Below, in pieces: positions 30,937-41,484 of a stretch of DNA of 64,000 bases. This DNA comes from a phage. The translations under genes were made by a program, and so were the position numbers. Position 1 is the stretch's first letter; each line of letters opens with the position of its first letter. The stretch is taken from the sequence record PX104380.1; one strand, given 5' to 3'. The notes beneath the pieces are model-generated. The model searched no databases. It was not told the origin of the DNA and worked only from the letters and a program-made list of their open reading frames with translations.

Positions 30937-32092
30937 TTAACTGCTCGAGGTCAGTTTCTAAATCAGCAGCTGATTTACTTTTACTTTCTGAAGATTTAAA
31001 TTTTTCAACTTTTGAGTTAATTAATTCATCAACTTCAGCTTCAACAATTTCATTACTATCAATAGCACCTAACTGATAAGCACGTTTAATAGCATCTCGG
31101 AATGGTTGATGCTTAAATAAAGGACCCCAGAATGTAGTGCAGTTGGTATCTTTTGCACGCCAAGATTTTTCTTCGCGAATCATCTCACCGGTTTCTTCAT
31201 CAAGAAATTCACGAGCATACCAACCATTTTTAGGTTTTACCACGAATCCTAATTCTAGAGCCATATCTAACAATCCAGAATAAGGATCAATACCACCGTC
31301 AAATTTAACATCAATAAAGAATTTACTTTTTTCTTTAACGGTACGAGATTTTTCTACATTTAGAACAAATTGATACCCCTGAAGATCAGAGCCATCTTTA
31401 ATCTGACGTTTACCGATAATGAATACGGTATCAGCCGAATACATTACGCCTGTACCACCTGTCATCACGGTTTTACTAAACATTTCAATTGTTTCAATTG
31501 TATGGTTAACCGCAACACATGGAATATTTTTAATGCTAAAGTAAGGAGTAACAATACGGAATAATGACTTCAGTGATTTAGCACGAGTCATATCTGCCAC
31601 AGATTTTTCATTCAAGGCATCTTCCGTTTCTTTCTTAGAAGCCATATTACCAATTGAGTCGATGAATACAATAACCTTTTCACCACGCTCAATAGCTTCA
31701 AGCTGATTCACCATATCAATTTTCAGCTGTTCAACTGACTGAATTGGCGTATGAATTACTCGTTCCGGGTCAACTCCCATGGATCGCAAATAAGCTGGAG
31801 TAATACCAAATTCGCTATCATAGAATAGACAAACCGCGTCAGGATATTTGTTCAAATATGCCGCAACCATAGTCAAAGACATATTTGATTTAAAGTGTTT
31901 AGAAGGTCCTGCGAAAATAGTTAAACCAGACTGCATACCGCCATCAATCGCACCAGAAATAGCAATATTAAGCATTGGGATTTTTGTACGAATTACATCC
32001 TTTTCATTAAAAAATTTAGATGTAGTCAGTTCAGCAGTCATTTTAGAAGTGGAAGCTTTAATCAAACGGGATTTTAAATCTGCAATAGACAT
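30911..32092 (-). CDS. uvsX: Recombinase UvsX (RecA/Rad51 family)
   Basis: 393 aa; Walker A GPSKHFKS; N-terminus MSIADLKSRLIKAS. Confidence 0.95.
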   Translation of the reverse strand: MSIADLKSRLIKASTSKMTAELTTSKFFNEKDVIRTKIPMLNIAISGAIDGGMQSGLTIFAGPSKHFKSNMSLTMVAAYLNKYPDAVCLFYDSEFGITPAYLRSMGVDPERVIHTPIQSVEQLKIDMVNQLEAIERGEKVIVFIDSIGNMASKKETEDALNEKSVADMTRAKSLKSLFRIVTPYFSIKNIPCVAVNHTIETIEMFSKTVMTGGTGVMYSADTVFIIGKRQIKDGSDLQGYQFVLNVEKSRTVKEKSKFFIDVKFDGGIDPYSGLLDMALELGFVVKPKNGWYAREFLDEETGEMIREEKSWRAKDTNCTTFWGPLFKHQPFRDAIKRAYQLGAIDSNEIVEAEVDELINSKVEKFKSSESKSKSAADLETDLEQLSDMEEFNE

Positions 32093-32169
32093 TCATTTTT
32101 TCCATAGGCATCATTATATTTTCCTCACTGGTTAAAGATAAAGTAATTATAACACAATAAATTTAGGCA

Positions 32170-33018
32170 TTAATCAACTGCTATCGGATGAATAGCATTA
32201 AACTTATGAAATGCTTCTGATTTTTCTTTACGCGAAACACACATGCGAAGAACCTTTAATGGCTCGTCTTCTTCACCCAACGATTTTCGTTTTTCAATAT
32301 TAGAAGTTTTCCAACGAGCTTGCTCTGGAAACTCTCTATTGATTTGCTCAAGCGCTCTATTATGTTTAGAATTACTACGAATTGAACTGCACCCGCCAGG
32401 AGCTTGTGCTTTTCCAGATACAACCAGATATTTGAACAAGGCCAAATGCGGATAACCTTGATTAATTAAATTGAGAAATGCATACATATCTTCGCACAAA
32501 TCAATTTTTCCATACCCAATTTGTTCTGTCGTAAGTTTTCCAAGGTCATACCATGTATTCGTGAATCCATACGAATTTTCACGATAATTACCCCAAGATG
32601 AAGTAATTTTAAAAATAGGTAGACGAGCATGGCCATGATAATACCCACAATCCATGGCATCCTCAACATATTGAATCAATTCATAGAACTGTTCACGGGT
32701 TAATTGATTGACTTTATCCACACAACGACGATCATCTCTTTTTCGCATTGAACTCATACGAATAGTAGTATCATCGTCAATCATCCAGATTCGTTGACCT
32801 GCATACATATCAGTAATTGCTTTACGAGTACCGGCAATTCCGTTTACATCATCAGGAATAGTTATAATTTTAGCTCTAGACCCATAAGCGTCATGATAAG
32901 CTTTTTCTTCATGTTCACGTACTACGATATGAGGTTCATAATCAGTCGGAAACATATCAAGGGCAGAAACTGCCCCTACACGTTGATAGCTCGGAATTAC
33001 GAATTGAATCATTTCCAC
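32170..33018 (-). CDS. Putative DNA glycosyltransferase (GT-A-like, DxD motif) at the beta-gt locus
   Basis: 282 aa with IWMIDDDTTI; between uvsX and 42; unlike T4 beta-gt (351 aa). Confidence 0.5.
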   Translation of the reverse strand: MEMIQFVIPSYQRVGAVSALDMFPTDYEPHIVVREHEEKAYHDAYGSRAKIITIPDDVNGIAGTRKAITDMYAGQRIWMIDDDTTIRMSSMRKRDDRRCVDKVNQLTREQFYELIQYVEDAMDCGYYHGHARLPIFKITSSWGNYRENSYGFTNTWYDLGKLTTEQIGYGKIDLCEDMYAFLNLINQGYPHLALFKYLVVSGKAQAPGGCSSIRSNSKHNRALEQINREFPEQARWKTSNIEKRKSLGEEDEPLKVLRMCVSRKEKSEAFHKFNAIHPIAVD

Positions 33019-33749
33019 TCACCGTTATAATCTTTTTTCACAATATGAGTTTCGCCAGTATTCCACCAATGATCAACCAAGTAAAAATGACGAGAATATA
33101 CATGAAGACTTCCGACATTCCATATAATAGAACCTGCTTTATATTGCCGCGATGGGTCGCCTGCATTCAAATCAGATACTAATTTATCTAGTACGTATTT
33201 TTGCCAAGCATAATCATTACGATAGCCTGCCCAGCAATCATTGCTTCTCATGCTAACAACCGCATTGACTTTCTTATCACGAATCAGGTACTGTACTGTA
33301 TTAGTACACATGAAATCTGACATACCATCTTTATTGTAGTCAAATTGCATGGATGGACGAGTATAAATCATGATACCACGTCGAGAATCAGGATTTTGAC
33401 CAAGTTCAGCTAAACACATATCATACTGGGCATAGTTATCTTCTGACCAGATAGCCCAACCATAATTTGAGTTAATTTCACCTTTAGAAGATGCTACCTG
33501 CTGCCAAATCTTTGGTGTTTCACCTGGAATATCTTTAACAAACAAGCTCTTAGATTTATACCATTCAAGTTCACGTTGAATGTATTCATCATTAAGAGCG
33601 CCAAAAATAAACGGTTCATCTGCTACAAATGATGCGCCAATAATTTCAATAGTTTTAACGCCAGTTTTATCAACTACGAAATCTTTTTCTTTTAATGCAA
33701 GCCCCAAATGAAGACGGATTTCTTCAACTGTCATAGAGTCACTAATCAT
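33009..33749 (-). CDS. 42: dCMP hydroxymethylase gp42
   Basis: 246 aa; thymidylate-synthase-like fold; T4 gp42 length and position. Confidence 0.92.
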   Translation of the reverse strand: MISDSMTVEEIRLHLGLALKEKDFVVDKTGVKTIEIIGASFVADEPFIFGALNDEYIQRELEWYKSKSLFVKDIPGETPKIWQQVASSKGEINSNYGWAIWSEDNYAQYDMCLAELGQNPDSRRGIMIYTRPSMQFDYNKDGMSDFMCTNTVQYLIRDKKVNAVVSMRSNDCWAGYRNDYAWQKYVLDKLVSDLNAGDPSRQYKAGSIIWNVGSLHVYSRHFYLVDHWWNTGETHIVKKDYNGEWK

Positions 33750-33902
33750 TTAAACCTCAATTGATACATTCATATTTAACTTGTAACAGTAATAAACCCC
33801 AACCTAAAATAATAGTTGGAATCATAAGAGGAACCGTTACACTATAGTATATACTTATTATAATCATCAAGATTAAAAGCAACACTGCTATAATTTTGCT
33901 TT

Positions 33903-34154
33903 TCATTCCTTCTCTCTGATGATAATTACCTGATTTGGTTGTGCAGACTTTTTAGTTTCACCCGCAATTGACCAAATAAATGTAATAAACCAACCAATAA
34001 TTGACCAGTTAAACAGTAAAGATGTGAAAAAGATTCCTACTGTCGATTTTGACCCACGCATCAAGGCGATAAACCATGGAAGCATGTATATAATAATAGC
34101 CAACACACCTGAAACTAAAACCATAAAAATTGAACCTGCTACTAAAGTTTCCAT
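33903..34154 (-). CDS. imm: Immunity protein Imm (superinfection exclusion)
   Basis: 83 aa, METLVAGSIFMVLVSGVLAIIIYMLPWFIALMRG matches remembered T4 Imm. Confidence 0.9.
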   Translation of the reverse strand: METLVAGSIFMVLVSGVLAIIIYMLPWFIALMRGSKSTVGIFFTSLLFNWSIIGWFITFIWSIAGETKKSAQPNQVIIIREKE

Positions 34155-34161
34155 GTTTTCC

Positions 34162-34542
34162 TCACTTAGTCAAATTTTTTACACATGAATTATAAGAATT
34201 CACTACATACTCCATCGGAGCATTTTTACCAGTACGCCATTGGTAATTATTAGCCCAATTAGCCCAAAGCTCGGCGCAGTAGTTTTCAATTTTTTCTTCG
34301 CGTGTAATTACATCCGAATTACGATATGCTTGAGCAGATTCATCTGGACGAATAGCTTCGTCAAAATTCGCCTGCATTTGTTCGACTGTTTGCTTTGGAG
34401 CTTCTTTATAACACTTGACATTAGGATTATAAAATTTGCTTGAACAGTTTACAATTTTTCCTACATCAGACTGATTTACTACCGGTCCTTGAGCTACACA
34501 ACCAGTAAGACCTAATGCAATAACCAAAATAGTGATTTTCAT
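34162..34542 (-). CDS. Putative lipoprotein (126 aa)
   Basis: signal peptide with lipobox LTGC. Confidence 0.55.
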   Translation of the reverse strand: MKITILVIALGLTGCVAQGPVVNQSDVGKIVNCSSKFYNPNVKCYKEAPKQTVEQMQANFDEAIRPDESAQAYRNSDVITREEKIENYCAELWANWANNYQWRTGKNAPMEYVVNSYNSCVKNLTK

Positions 34543-34552
34543 AATAATTTCC

Positions 34553-34789
34553 TCAAATGCAAGTAGTAATTACTCCAGTAGTGCTTATGCAGGTATTACC
34601 CATTTGCACACCTAAAGATCCATTTGTATTCACATGAAGATTATCATCAATTTTAACTGATATTTTACCATTAGTGTGAATAACGGTGCTAGATTCAATC
34701 ACAGGTTGAGTATCATTTTCAACACTAACAAATGGAACTGCTGCTAATGCAACTAAACAAACTGCTAAGCATCCAATAACAATTTTCAT
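34553..34789 (-). CDS. Small secreted protein (78 aa)
   Basis: ATG 34789 behind GGAGAATAAA leader; N-terminal signal-like segment. Confidence 0.5.
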   Translation of the reverse strand: MKIVIGCLAVCLVALAAVPFVSVENDTQPVIESSTVIHTNGKISVKIDDNLHVNTNGSLGVQMGNTCISTTGVITTCI

Positions 34790-34817
34790 TTTATTCTCCA
34801 AATCTGTATTAGTTGAT

Positions 34818-34875
34818 AGTTGTATAGTACCATGGAAGAACAGTCTTGTAAACAGTTTTGTGAAAATTTTTTAGG
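34818..34875 (-). promoter_or_regulatory. Early promoter
   Basis: GTTTAC (34848-34853), 18-bp spacer, TGGTACTAT (34824-34832). Confidence 0.6.
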
Positions 34876-34969
34876 GAATTCTAAAGGTCCAGAATCATCT
34901 GTTTTTCATAAGTATAGATTTATATTACTTGTATGAAAAAGGGACCCGGAGGTCCCTAGATTTATTCTA

Positions 34970-37666
34970 TCAGCCAAACAGGAAGTCTAACGAAGCTTTT
35001 TCTTCATAGTCCATACCAGCCGATTCACACATGCCCGCAAGCGGTTTAACAAACGATTTTTGGAACAAAGTTGAATAGTCAATCCAAGACAGTACGTCAG
35101 AACGAATTTCTTTTGGAAGTTCTGTACCCGACGGCCAAGCAATGCATTTGTCACCAAATGGATTTCCTTCACGCAATGGAAGAACCATTACTTTATTTCC
35201 ATCCAAAATTGGAGCTACACCTAAACCGCTAACAGCTCGACGATAAGTTAGCACACCACGAATATGGAACGGACATTTAAATCCTGGCCAACCTTTATCA
35301 TCATATTTCGCTATATCGTTCGCAGTTTTTACTTCAGCAATAACTTTATAGTCAAGTTGACGATATTCTTTCTCGAAGTTCTTGTAATATTCTTGGACAG
35401 ACTCTTCACCTTCCTGAAGAATACGACGAATACTTTCTTCAAGAGCTTCTTGGACCGCTTTAGGCGTTGAACTTTGCTGAGTTTCCATACCCATGATTTT
35501 TAGATGCGGTTCAGCAAATCGCTTATCTTCCATATCATAAACGTTCAGAGCATAACGCTTTTTCGCTTTCCAAAATCCACCAACGCCCTTTGAACCAAGT
35601 GGAGGGCAAGAAATAGCTTCACGGTCCATATGCATCAGATGCTCGCGGTTATTCATATAATCACATAACTCACGATATGCAACATCAATCATAGGTTCCA
35701 TCTTTTTCTTACCGAACTGATTCATGAATTCAACTAAATCGTTCTGCTCTTTGAATCGGCCAAGACCAACTTTTTCAATAACTTTATCTACACAAACATA
35801 TACCGAATCAGTATCACCTGCTGCGATGAAATCTTCGCCATTAGTTCCGCATACTTTATTCAGATATTCATTAATTTTACGAGCAATCCACTGAATACCA
35901 ACTTGGCCGAAAATTGTGATAGCAGTAGCATTTCGCAAATCATAGTAACGGAAATGAATATTACCAAGAGCACCATAAAGACTGTTAATAAGAATTTTAC
36001 GGTTCAGCTGATTTGTGTTAGCAAGTGTAGCCGCTTTTTCACATTCTTCAATCAAACTATTGAGAACAGATTCAGTATAATTCGATAGTTCATTTAAGAA
36101 ATCATCACTGAACTTAACATATCGTTCAACTTCAGGTTTAGTTGAACAAGACCCTGCGCCTTTCATAATAATCTTTTTAATAGCTTCGGCATTCATTTCT
36201 TCAGCGAACATTTTCTTTTTCCAATCTTTACGCTGGAAAAATACTTTAGCGATTTCCTTTGGAATGATACCTTCTTGATGCTTATCGTACATCCATCCAT
36301 TCGGAGAACAAGAATATTCATCACTCGGTTTAGGAGCTGTTCCTGCGATATATTCATGAATTGGATGAACTTTAAACTGACCACGAATAGTCTCAGGACT
36401 AATGTTAACCTGACGAATAATGCTCGGATACAGAGAAGTCAAGTCAAAACTCATAATATATCGACGAGCAATTGGTTTAGGTTCAAATACGAATGCACCC
36501 GGAAAACTCTGTTTAACATGCGAACCTTGTTGAGGAATAACCTTATGTTCACCTTTCAATGAGTTAAAAATAATAGCATCCCAGGTTTTAATAGGACTCA
36601 TTACACCAGAAAAAGGCATTTTAGCGTAATAAGACATACTTAAAACTAGATCGATAAACCCGCGAATTTTATCAATTGCTTGAACTGATTCTACGTCAAT
36701 GATGTTATAACTAATGTATCGTTGATGATTAGTCTCACGAAGTTTATTAATAGGACCGTCGTATGGTAATTTACCTTTTTTGGTTTCATGCTGAGCAACT
36801 GATTCCAAAGAGAATGACGGCAAATTAGTAAATGCGAATTTCTTATACAAATCTAAATAATCAAGAATAGATACGCCATCAATAGAATAAATTTCTTTGC
36901 TACCGTACATATTTTGGATAAGTTTAGATTTTACTCGACCGATTGGAGAGAAGCGTTTCATACTACGTTCACCGAGAACCATTTTAACGCGATTCATGAT
37001 ATACGGAACGTCAAACCCCTCAATATTCCAACCAGTAAAAATAGCAGGTCGTTTCTGTTCCCAGAGATTGATATATTCCATGAGCATATCACGCTCATTA
37101 TCGAATGGCATATAAATTACTCGGTCAAGAATTTCTTGAGGAACTTCATCACCACCTTCACAGTCAAGCTTAGCAGCTAACTTTGCATCCCATTTTGATA
37201 CTGAACCATACATTGAATTCAAAAGGTCGAAAACATAAAAACGATCATCAATTGAATCGTAATGAGTGATAGCATCAATTTCATATTCTGCTTTCATTGG
37301 GTCAGGAAATTTATCGCCAGTAACCTCAATGTCACAGTTAGCTACACGAACAAATTTTCGGTCATAAACAATTTCTGAACCGTATGTATCACTGATATAA
37401 GCGAGTTTAAAATCGTTCATACCGAGAGCTTCGAGACCGATATCTTCCATTCGTTTCATCCAATCTCGAGCATCTTTCATTGATGGAAATTTTTGAGGAG
37501 CGCAGTTTTTACCATAGATGTCTTTGTACTTTGACTCTTCCTTACAATGCCTAAACATAGTTGGAAGATATTCTACTTCACGAGTACGTTCCTTTCCGTT
37601 TTCATCAATATAACGTTCAACAATGTTATTTCCGACTGTTTCAATAGAGATATAAAATTCTTTCAT
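34970..37666 (-). CDS. 43: DNA polymerase gp43 (family B)
   Basis: 898 aa; exo and pol motifs including AAGDTDSVYV; T4 gp43 length. Confidence 0.97.
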   Translation of the reverse strand: MKEFYISIETVGNNIVERYIDENGKERTREVEYLPTMFRHCKEESKYKDIYGKNCAPQKFPSMKDARDWMKRMEDIGLEALGMNDFKLAYISDTYGSEIVYDRKFVRVANCDIEVTGDKFPDPMKAEYEIDAITHYDSIDDRFYVFDLLNSMYGSVSKWDAKLAAKLDCEGGDEVPQEILDRVIYMPFDNERDMLMEYINLWEQKRPAIFTGWNIEGFDVPYIMNRVKMVLGERSMKRFSPIGRVKSKLIQNMYGSKEIYSIDGVSILDYLDLYKKFAFTNLPSFSLESVAQHETKKGKLPYDGPINKLRETNHQRYISYNIIDVESVQAIDKIRGFIDLVLSMSYYAKMPFSGVMSPIKTWDAIIFNSLKGEHKVIPQQGSHVKQSFPGAFVFEPKPIARRYIMSFDLTSLYPSIIRQVNISPETIRGQFKVHPIHEYIAGTAPKPSDEYSCSPNGWMYDKHQEGIIPKEIAKVFFQRKDWKKKMFAEEMNAEAIKKIIMKGAGSCSTKPEVERYVKFSDDFLNELSNYTESVLNSLIEECEKAATLANTNQLNRKILINSLYGALGNIHFRYYDLRNATAITIFGQVGIQWIARKINEYLNKVCGTNGEDFIAAGDTDSVYVCVDKVIEKVGLGRFKEQNDLVEFMNQFGKKKMEPMIDVAYRELCDYMNNREHLMHMDREAISCPPLGSKGVGGFWKAKKRYALNVYDMEDKRFAEPHLKIMGMETQQSSTPKAVQEALEESIRRILQEGEESVQEYYKNFEKEYRQLDYKVIAEVKTANDIAKYDDKGWPGFKCPFHIRGVLTYRRAVSGLGVAPILDGNKVMVLPLREGNPFGDKCIAWPSGTELPKEIRSDVLSWIDYSTLFQKSFVKPLAGMCESAGMDYEEKASLDFLFG

Positions 37667-37703
37667 AGATATTCCTTAGTTTATAGCCCGAGTTATTAGG
37701 CTC
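37667..37703 (-). promoter_or_regulatory. Gene 43 translational operator
   Basis: - strand RNA GAGCCUAAUAACUCGGGCUAUAAACUAAGGAAUAUCUAUG: 5-bp stem, 8-nt loop next to the SD, as in the described T4 gp43 autoregulatory site. Confidence 0.6.
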
Positions 37704-37724
37704 TTGATATATTATACTCCAAAT

Positions 37725-37742
37725 AAGGGGCCGAAGCCCCTT
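37725..37742 (-). other. UUCG hairpin upstream of gene 43
   Basis: - strand AAGGGGC-TTCG-GCCCCTT, 7-bp stem. Confidence 0.55.
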
Positions 37743-37744
37743 GC

Positions 37745-37966
37745 TTAAATTAGTACTATTTGTCGGTGAAAAATTGTCATTCCATCTGCATTAATTGACT
37801 TAACGACTGCAGTAAAGTGTTTTTGTTCTGGGTGAATTAATTTTTGAAATTCTACCTGAAATTTTAGTTGAAGATTTTCTGGTAAATCGAAAAGTGTTTC
37901 TGTTGCAGAAAGATTATATTTTTCTTTAAGAGACGCCATGTATTCTTGTGGAGTTATAGCAGTCAT
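37745..37966 (-). CDS. Hypothetical small protein between regA and 43
   Basis: ORF from internal ATG; weak support. Confidence 0.3.
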   Translation of the reverse strand: MTAITPQEYMASLKEKYNLSATETLFDLPENLQLKFQVEFQKLIHPEQKHFTAVVKSINADGMTIFHRQIVLI

Positions 37967-37967
37967 A

Positions 37968-38336
37968 TTAATTACCAATCGTATATTTAGGAACGAGTTT
38001 CCATTCATGTTTTTGTTTAAAAGAAATAACTCGGAAGTTATTAGTTAAATCTTTCATAAAAGTTCTTTGACCAGGAACGATTTCAATCAGTCCCCAATCT
38101 TCTAATAGCCATGCAATCGAATCACGACGAACTTCATCTTCTTCTGTCATTTCAACTTGGCGACCATCCATACGAAGCATTTCTTTAAAATGAACGATAT
38201 AATATAGTCCTTTTTTCTGAAGAATATGACAGGACTGATACAGAACTTTATCTTTATTATTAGCAATTCCCATACGAGTCAAAGTTTCTTTTACTTTCAG
38301 AAAATCTTCAGGTTTTTTAAGAGTAATTTCAATCAT
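37968..38336 (-). CDS. regA: Translational repressor RegA
   Basis: 122 aa, MIEITLKKPEDFLKVKETLTRMGIANNKDKVLYQSCHILQKKGLYYIVHFKEM. Confidence 0.93.
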   Translation of the reverse strand: MIEITLKKPEDFLKVKETLTRMGIANNKDKVLYQSCHILQKKGLYYIVHFKEMLRMDGRQVEMTEEDEVRRDSIAWLLEDWGLIEIVPGQRTFMKDLTNNFRVISFKQKHEWKLVPKYTIGN

Positions 38337-38337
38337 T

Positions 38338-38901
38338 TTACCATTCCAATGCTAGTTTTTTGAGTTGTTTCTGTTCTTTTACGTTCTTAGTCACTTCTTT
38401 CAAAAAATCATCCGTGACTAAACCTTTTAGTTCTTTTAATACTAAAGGTAGTTTTCCATTTTTAGTAAGAATTGATTTATAGTTAATTGCATCATTTGTG
38501 TTAACTTGATACCGCTTAGCAAGTAACTTAATAATCAATACTTCGGTGGAATCTTCAACCAGTTTTGCCCATTTACCATATCTTTTACCACGAGGAACTG
38601 CAGCCATTAGATAATTAAAATGGGCTTCATCACTTAAGCCTGATCCAATTAAATTCATAGCATATACAGCTGGCATGCACTCTGGAAATTGTGACAATGC
38701 ATTTTCAACCATGAATTTTGAATAATCTTTTTGAGCAATAGAGCATTTAGTTTTATTATTAATAGCTCCAATTATTTCAAAAAATTCATTTTCAGCTTTT
38801 TCTTTAAAAGAATCAGCAGCGGATTGGACAGCTGTCCAATCTTTAGAATACCAAGCAACTTGATGCTCGTTTAATTGAATATCATCTTCAAATAAGCTCA
38901 T
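38338..38901 (-). CDS. 62: Clamp loader small subunit gp62
   Basis: 187 aa between regA and 44. Confidence 0.88.
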   Translation of the reverse strand: MSLFEDDIQLNEHQVAWYSKDWTAVQSAADSFKEKAENEFFEIIGAINNKTKCSIAQKDYSKFMVENALSQFPECMPAVYAMNLIGSGLSDEAHFNYLMAAVPRGKRYGKWAKLVEDSTEVLIIKLLAKRYQVNTNDAINYKSILTKNGKLPLVLKELKGLVTDDFLKEVTKNVKEQKQLKKLALEW

Positions 38902-38902
38902 A

Positions 38903-39862
38903 TCACTTCCACTGCATTTCGCATGCTAATTGAATGAAAAGATAAGCTAGATGCAATTCAGTATTAGCTGCAATACCATGATACTGATTATTTTCGCCGA
39001 CAATTTCGTACATACGAATAATACTCTGTGGTGTTACACGTGAATAGATTTCTTCGGCAAGTTTACCAACAAACCAAGAATAATCTGCTGCATATTTTGG
39101 TGCTAAAGCTCTGAGTTGTTTAACATCTTTATTTTTGAGAGACTCAAGAACATCATCAATAGCACCACGATCGTTAGTAACCAGTGATAAAATACCAGCA
39201 TCCAAAACACCTTTAGATGAATAACTATCGAGCTCGCCAATAGTTTTACGAAAATCAGGAAAATTCTTTTTAACCAAAGCTGCTACAACTTTCATATCAG
39301 CTATAGCAATACCTTCATGTTTACAGATTTCAGTCAACCGACGAATCATCTGCTTCATCATTTCAATTTTATCTTCATCGGTCGGTTGACCGAATGTGAT
39401 AACTCGACAGCGTGACTGAAGCGGTTTAATAATACCATCAATATTGTTAGCAGTAATAATAATACTACAGTTCGAACTATAAGCTTCCATAAAGGAACGA
39501 AGATGTCGCTGAGACTCTGCTAATCCTGAGCGGTCAAATTCATCAATAACAATTACCTTTTGACGACCATCAAATGAAGCGGCGCTGGCAAAATTAGTCA
39601 AAGGACCACGAACGAAATCAATTTTACAATCTGATCCATTCACAAACATCATATCAGCATTTACATCATGGCACAATGCTTTTGCTACAGTTGTTTTACC
39701 TGTTCCTGGAGAAGGAGAATGAAGAATAATATGTGGAATCTTACCTTTACTTGTAATAGATTTAAAGGTTTCTTTATCAAAGGCGGGAAGAATACATTCA
39801 TCGATAGTAGATGGACGATATTTCTGTTCAAGAATGTGTTCTTTTTCATTTACGGTAATCAT
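38903..39862 (-). CDS. 44: Clamp loader large subunit gp44 (AAA+)
   Basis: 319 aa from ATG 39862 ([17 protein letters not shown]); Walker A GTGKTT. Confidence 0.93.
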
Positions 39863-39896
39863 AATTTCCTCATTCAAGTTTTAGTGTAAATTATAA

Positions 39897-39910
39897 AGGG
39901 CCGAAGCCCT
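39897..39910 (-). other. UUCG hairpin between genes 45 and 44
   Basis: - strand AGGGC-TTCG-GCCCT. Confidence 0.5.
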
Positions 39911-39913
39911 CTA

Positions 39914-40600
39914 TTAAAAATCGTGGGTAGAATCAGCTTCAAGAGCTACTACATAATTCGCGTGTTCACCTTCAAATTTAGCAGCACCTTGTTTACCTTT
40001 TGCCCAGAGCAGAAGTTTATAATTTCCTGGTTGCATTTTCATATTTGCCATATTGATAATGAAATTAAATGTATTTTCACCATCATAATCACCAAGAGTC
40101 AAAGAATATTTAACACGTGTCAGAGCAGAATCTTCTACTTTATTAAAACCGTTAATTACGATTTTACCTTCTTTTACCGTGATAGCAATTGTATCAATTT
40201 GCAGACCACGAGATACACGCAACAGTTGTTGAAGGTCTTCAGCTTTAATTTCAGTAACAACAGATGCTACCGGGAATGGAATTGGTTTATTAGGAGCAAC
40301 TACTGTACTCGGATCGGCTGCTGGCCAAAAAATTGTTGAACGGGCATCAGCAATTTTAATATTTCCATCTTCTGACTGGGAAATTTCTGCATCATCATTA
40401 ACTAGAGACAGAATACCGAGAAAACCGTTCAAATCGTAAATTGCTACATCAAAATCAATAGTGTCAGAAATATTTGCTTCCGCATAAGTTGTACCATTAA
40501 CTGCGCGAGTCATAATAAATTGACCGGATTTAAGCATAATACCGGAGTTAATAGTAGCGAAATTTTTCAAAATATTCAGTGTGTCTTTAGATAATTTCAT
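39914..40600 (-). CDS. 45: Sliding clamp gp45
   Basis: 228 aa; [64 protein letters not shown]. Confidence 0.95.
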   Translation of the reverse strand: MKLSKDTLNILKNFATINSGIMLKSGQFIMTRAVNGTTYAEANISDTIDFDVAIYDLNGFLGILSLVNDDAEISQSEDGNIKIADARSTIFWPAADPSTVVAPNKPIPFPVASVVTEIKAEDLQQLLRVSRGLQIDTIAITVKEGKIVINGFNKVEDSALTRVKYSLTLGDYDGENTFNFIINMANMKMQPGNYKLLLWAKGKQGAAKFEGEHANYVVALEADSTHDF

Positions 40601-41484
40601 TTCAATTTCCTATTTACATAATAGTTAGACCAGGACCGTACAGCACCCTGATAAGATTCGTCGTTAAACCCATTAGCTACTGCAATTTTACGAAATTTAT
40701 TATAACTCGGTTTTCCGTAAGCATGCCATAAAGATTTTAATTCATCTTCATGTTCAATCCAAGTTCCTCTAGCTTTAGATTTTCTAAATTTTGATTTGAA
40801 TTCCGGTGAATTATTTCTAACAGTTGCTTGAATTGAAGCTCTCTGTCTTCTTTCAGCATTATTCCATAACTCTTTTTGAGATTTAGAAATTTTTGATTTT
40901 ACACTTTCTGAATTCATTATATCACTAAACTTTTTAGCATAACTGCAATCAAGATATTTCAATTTCATCTTATTTGAAAGTTTAAGCTTTTTCTCATCGG
41001 TCCAGTGATTCTTCATTGAATTAGATATTTTGTATTTTACGTCAGAACTATGTTTGTAACCTTTACGAATACCAACATAATCGGGCGTAATTTCAGATTG
41101 CGAAAGCTTTACAATTTTTCCAGTTAAAACATTTTTATATGTTCCATATCCTTTAGCGCCAATTAAAGTATTTTCATCTGCGTATGCTTTATTAAAATAT
41201 TTTATATTACTTTTTGCTTTAACTTTTAATTGAAAAAATCTTTCCAATTTTCTTGGATCTAATATAGTTTCAGCTAAAATTTTGACGGTATATTTAGTGG
41301 TTTTAATAAGCTCAAAATATTCATCGCTATAACTCGATGACACGCTTCCAGTATAAATCTTTCCAGCTGAATCAATTATATTTGTTCCATCGAAAATTGC
41401 GTCAATTTTCGAACCTATATAATAACATGGAAAAATATTTTTAGCTTCCCGCTCTGGAAAGCTAATAAGATATACTAAATTCAT
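40597..41484 (-). CDS. GIY-YIG-like (Seg-type) homing endonuclease candidate between 45 and rpbA
   Basis: 295 aa; N-terminal VYLISF...YYIGSK resembles GIY-YIG; C-terminal module shared with two other endonuclease-like ORFs. Confidence 0.5.
   Translation of the reverse strand: MNLVYLISFPEREAKNIFPCYYIGSKIDAIFDGTNIIDSAGKIYTGSVSSSYSDEYFELIKTTKYTVKILAETILDPRKLERFFQLKVKAKSNIKYFNKAYADENTLIGAKGYGTYKNVLTGKIVKLSQSEITPDYVGIRKGYKHSSDVKYKISNSMKNHWTDEKKLKLSNKMKLKYLDCSYAKKFSDIMNSESVKSKISKSQKELWNNAERRQRASIQATVRNNSPEFKSKFRKSKARGTWIEHEDELKSLWHAYGKPSYNKFRKIAVANGFNDESYQGAVRSWSNYYVNRKLK

Noticed and set aside
34553-34801. ORF starts reported as MENKM (also at 15444)
   Set aside because: First codon is TTG within the conserved leader GGAGAATAAAATG; the ATG four codons in is the real start
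37741-37760. + strand MotA-box-like TTGCTTAAA
   Set aside because: Would drive antisense transcription into regA with no downstream + strand gene; probably chance
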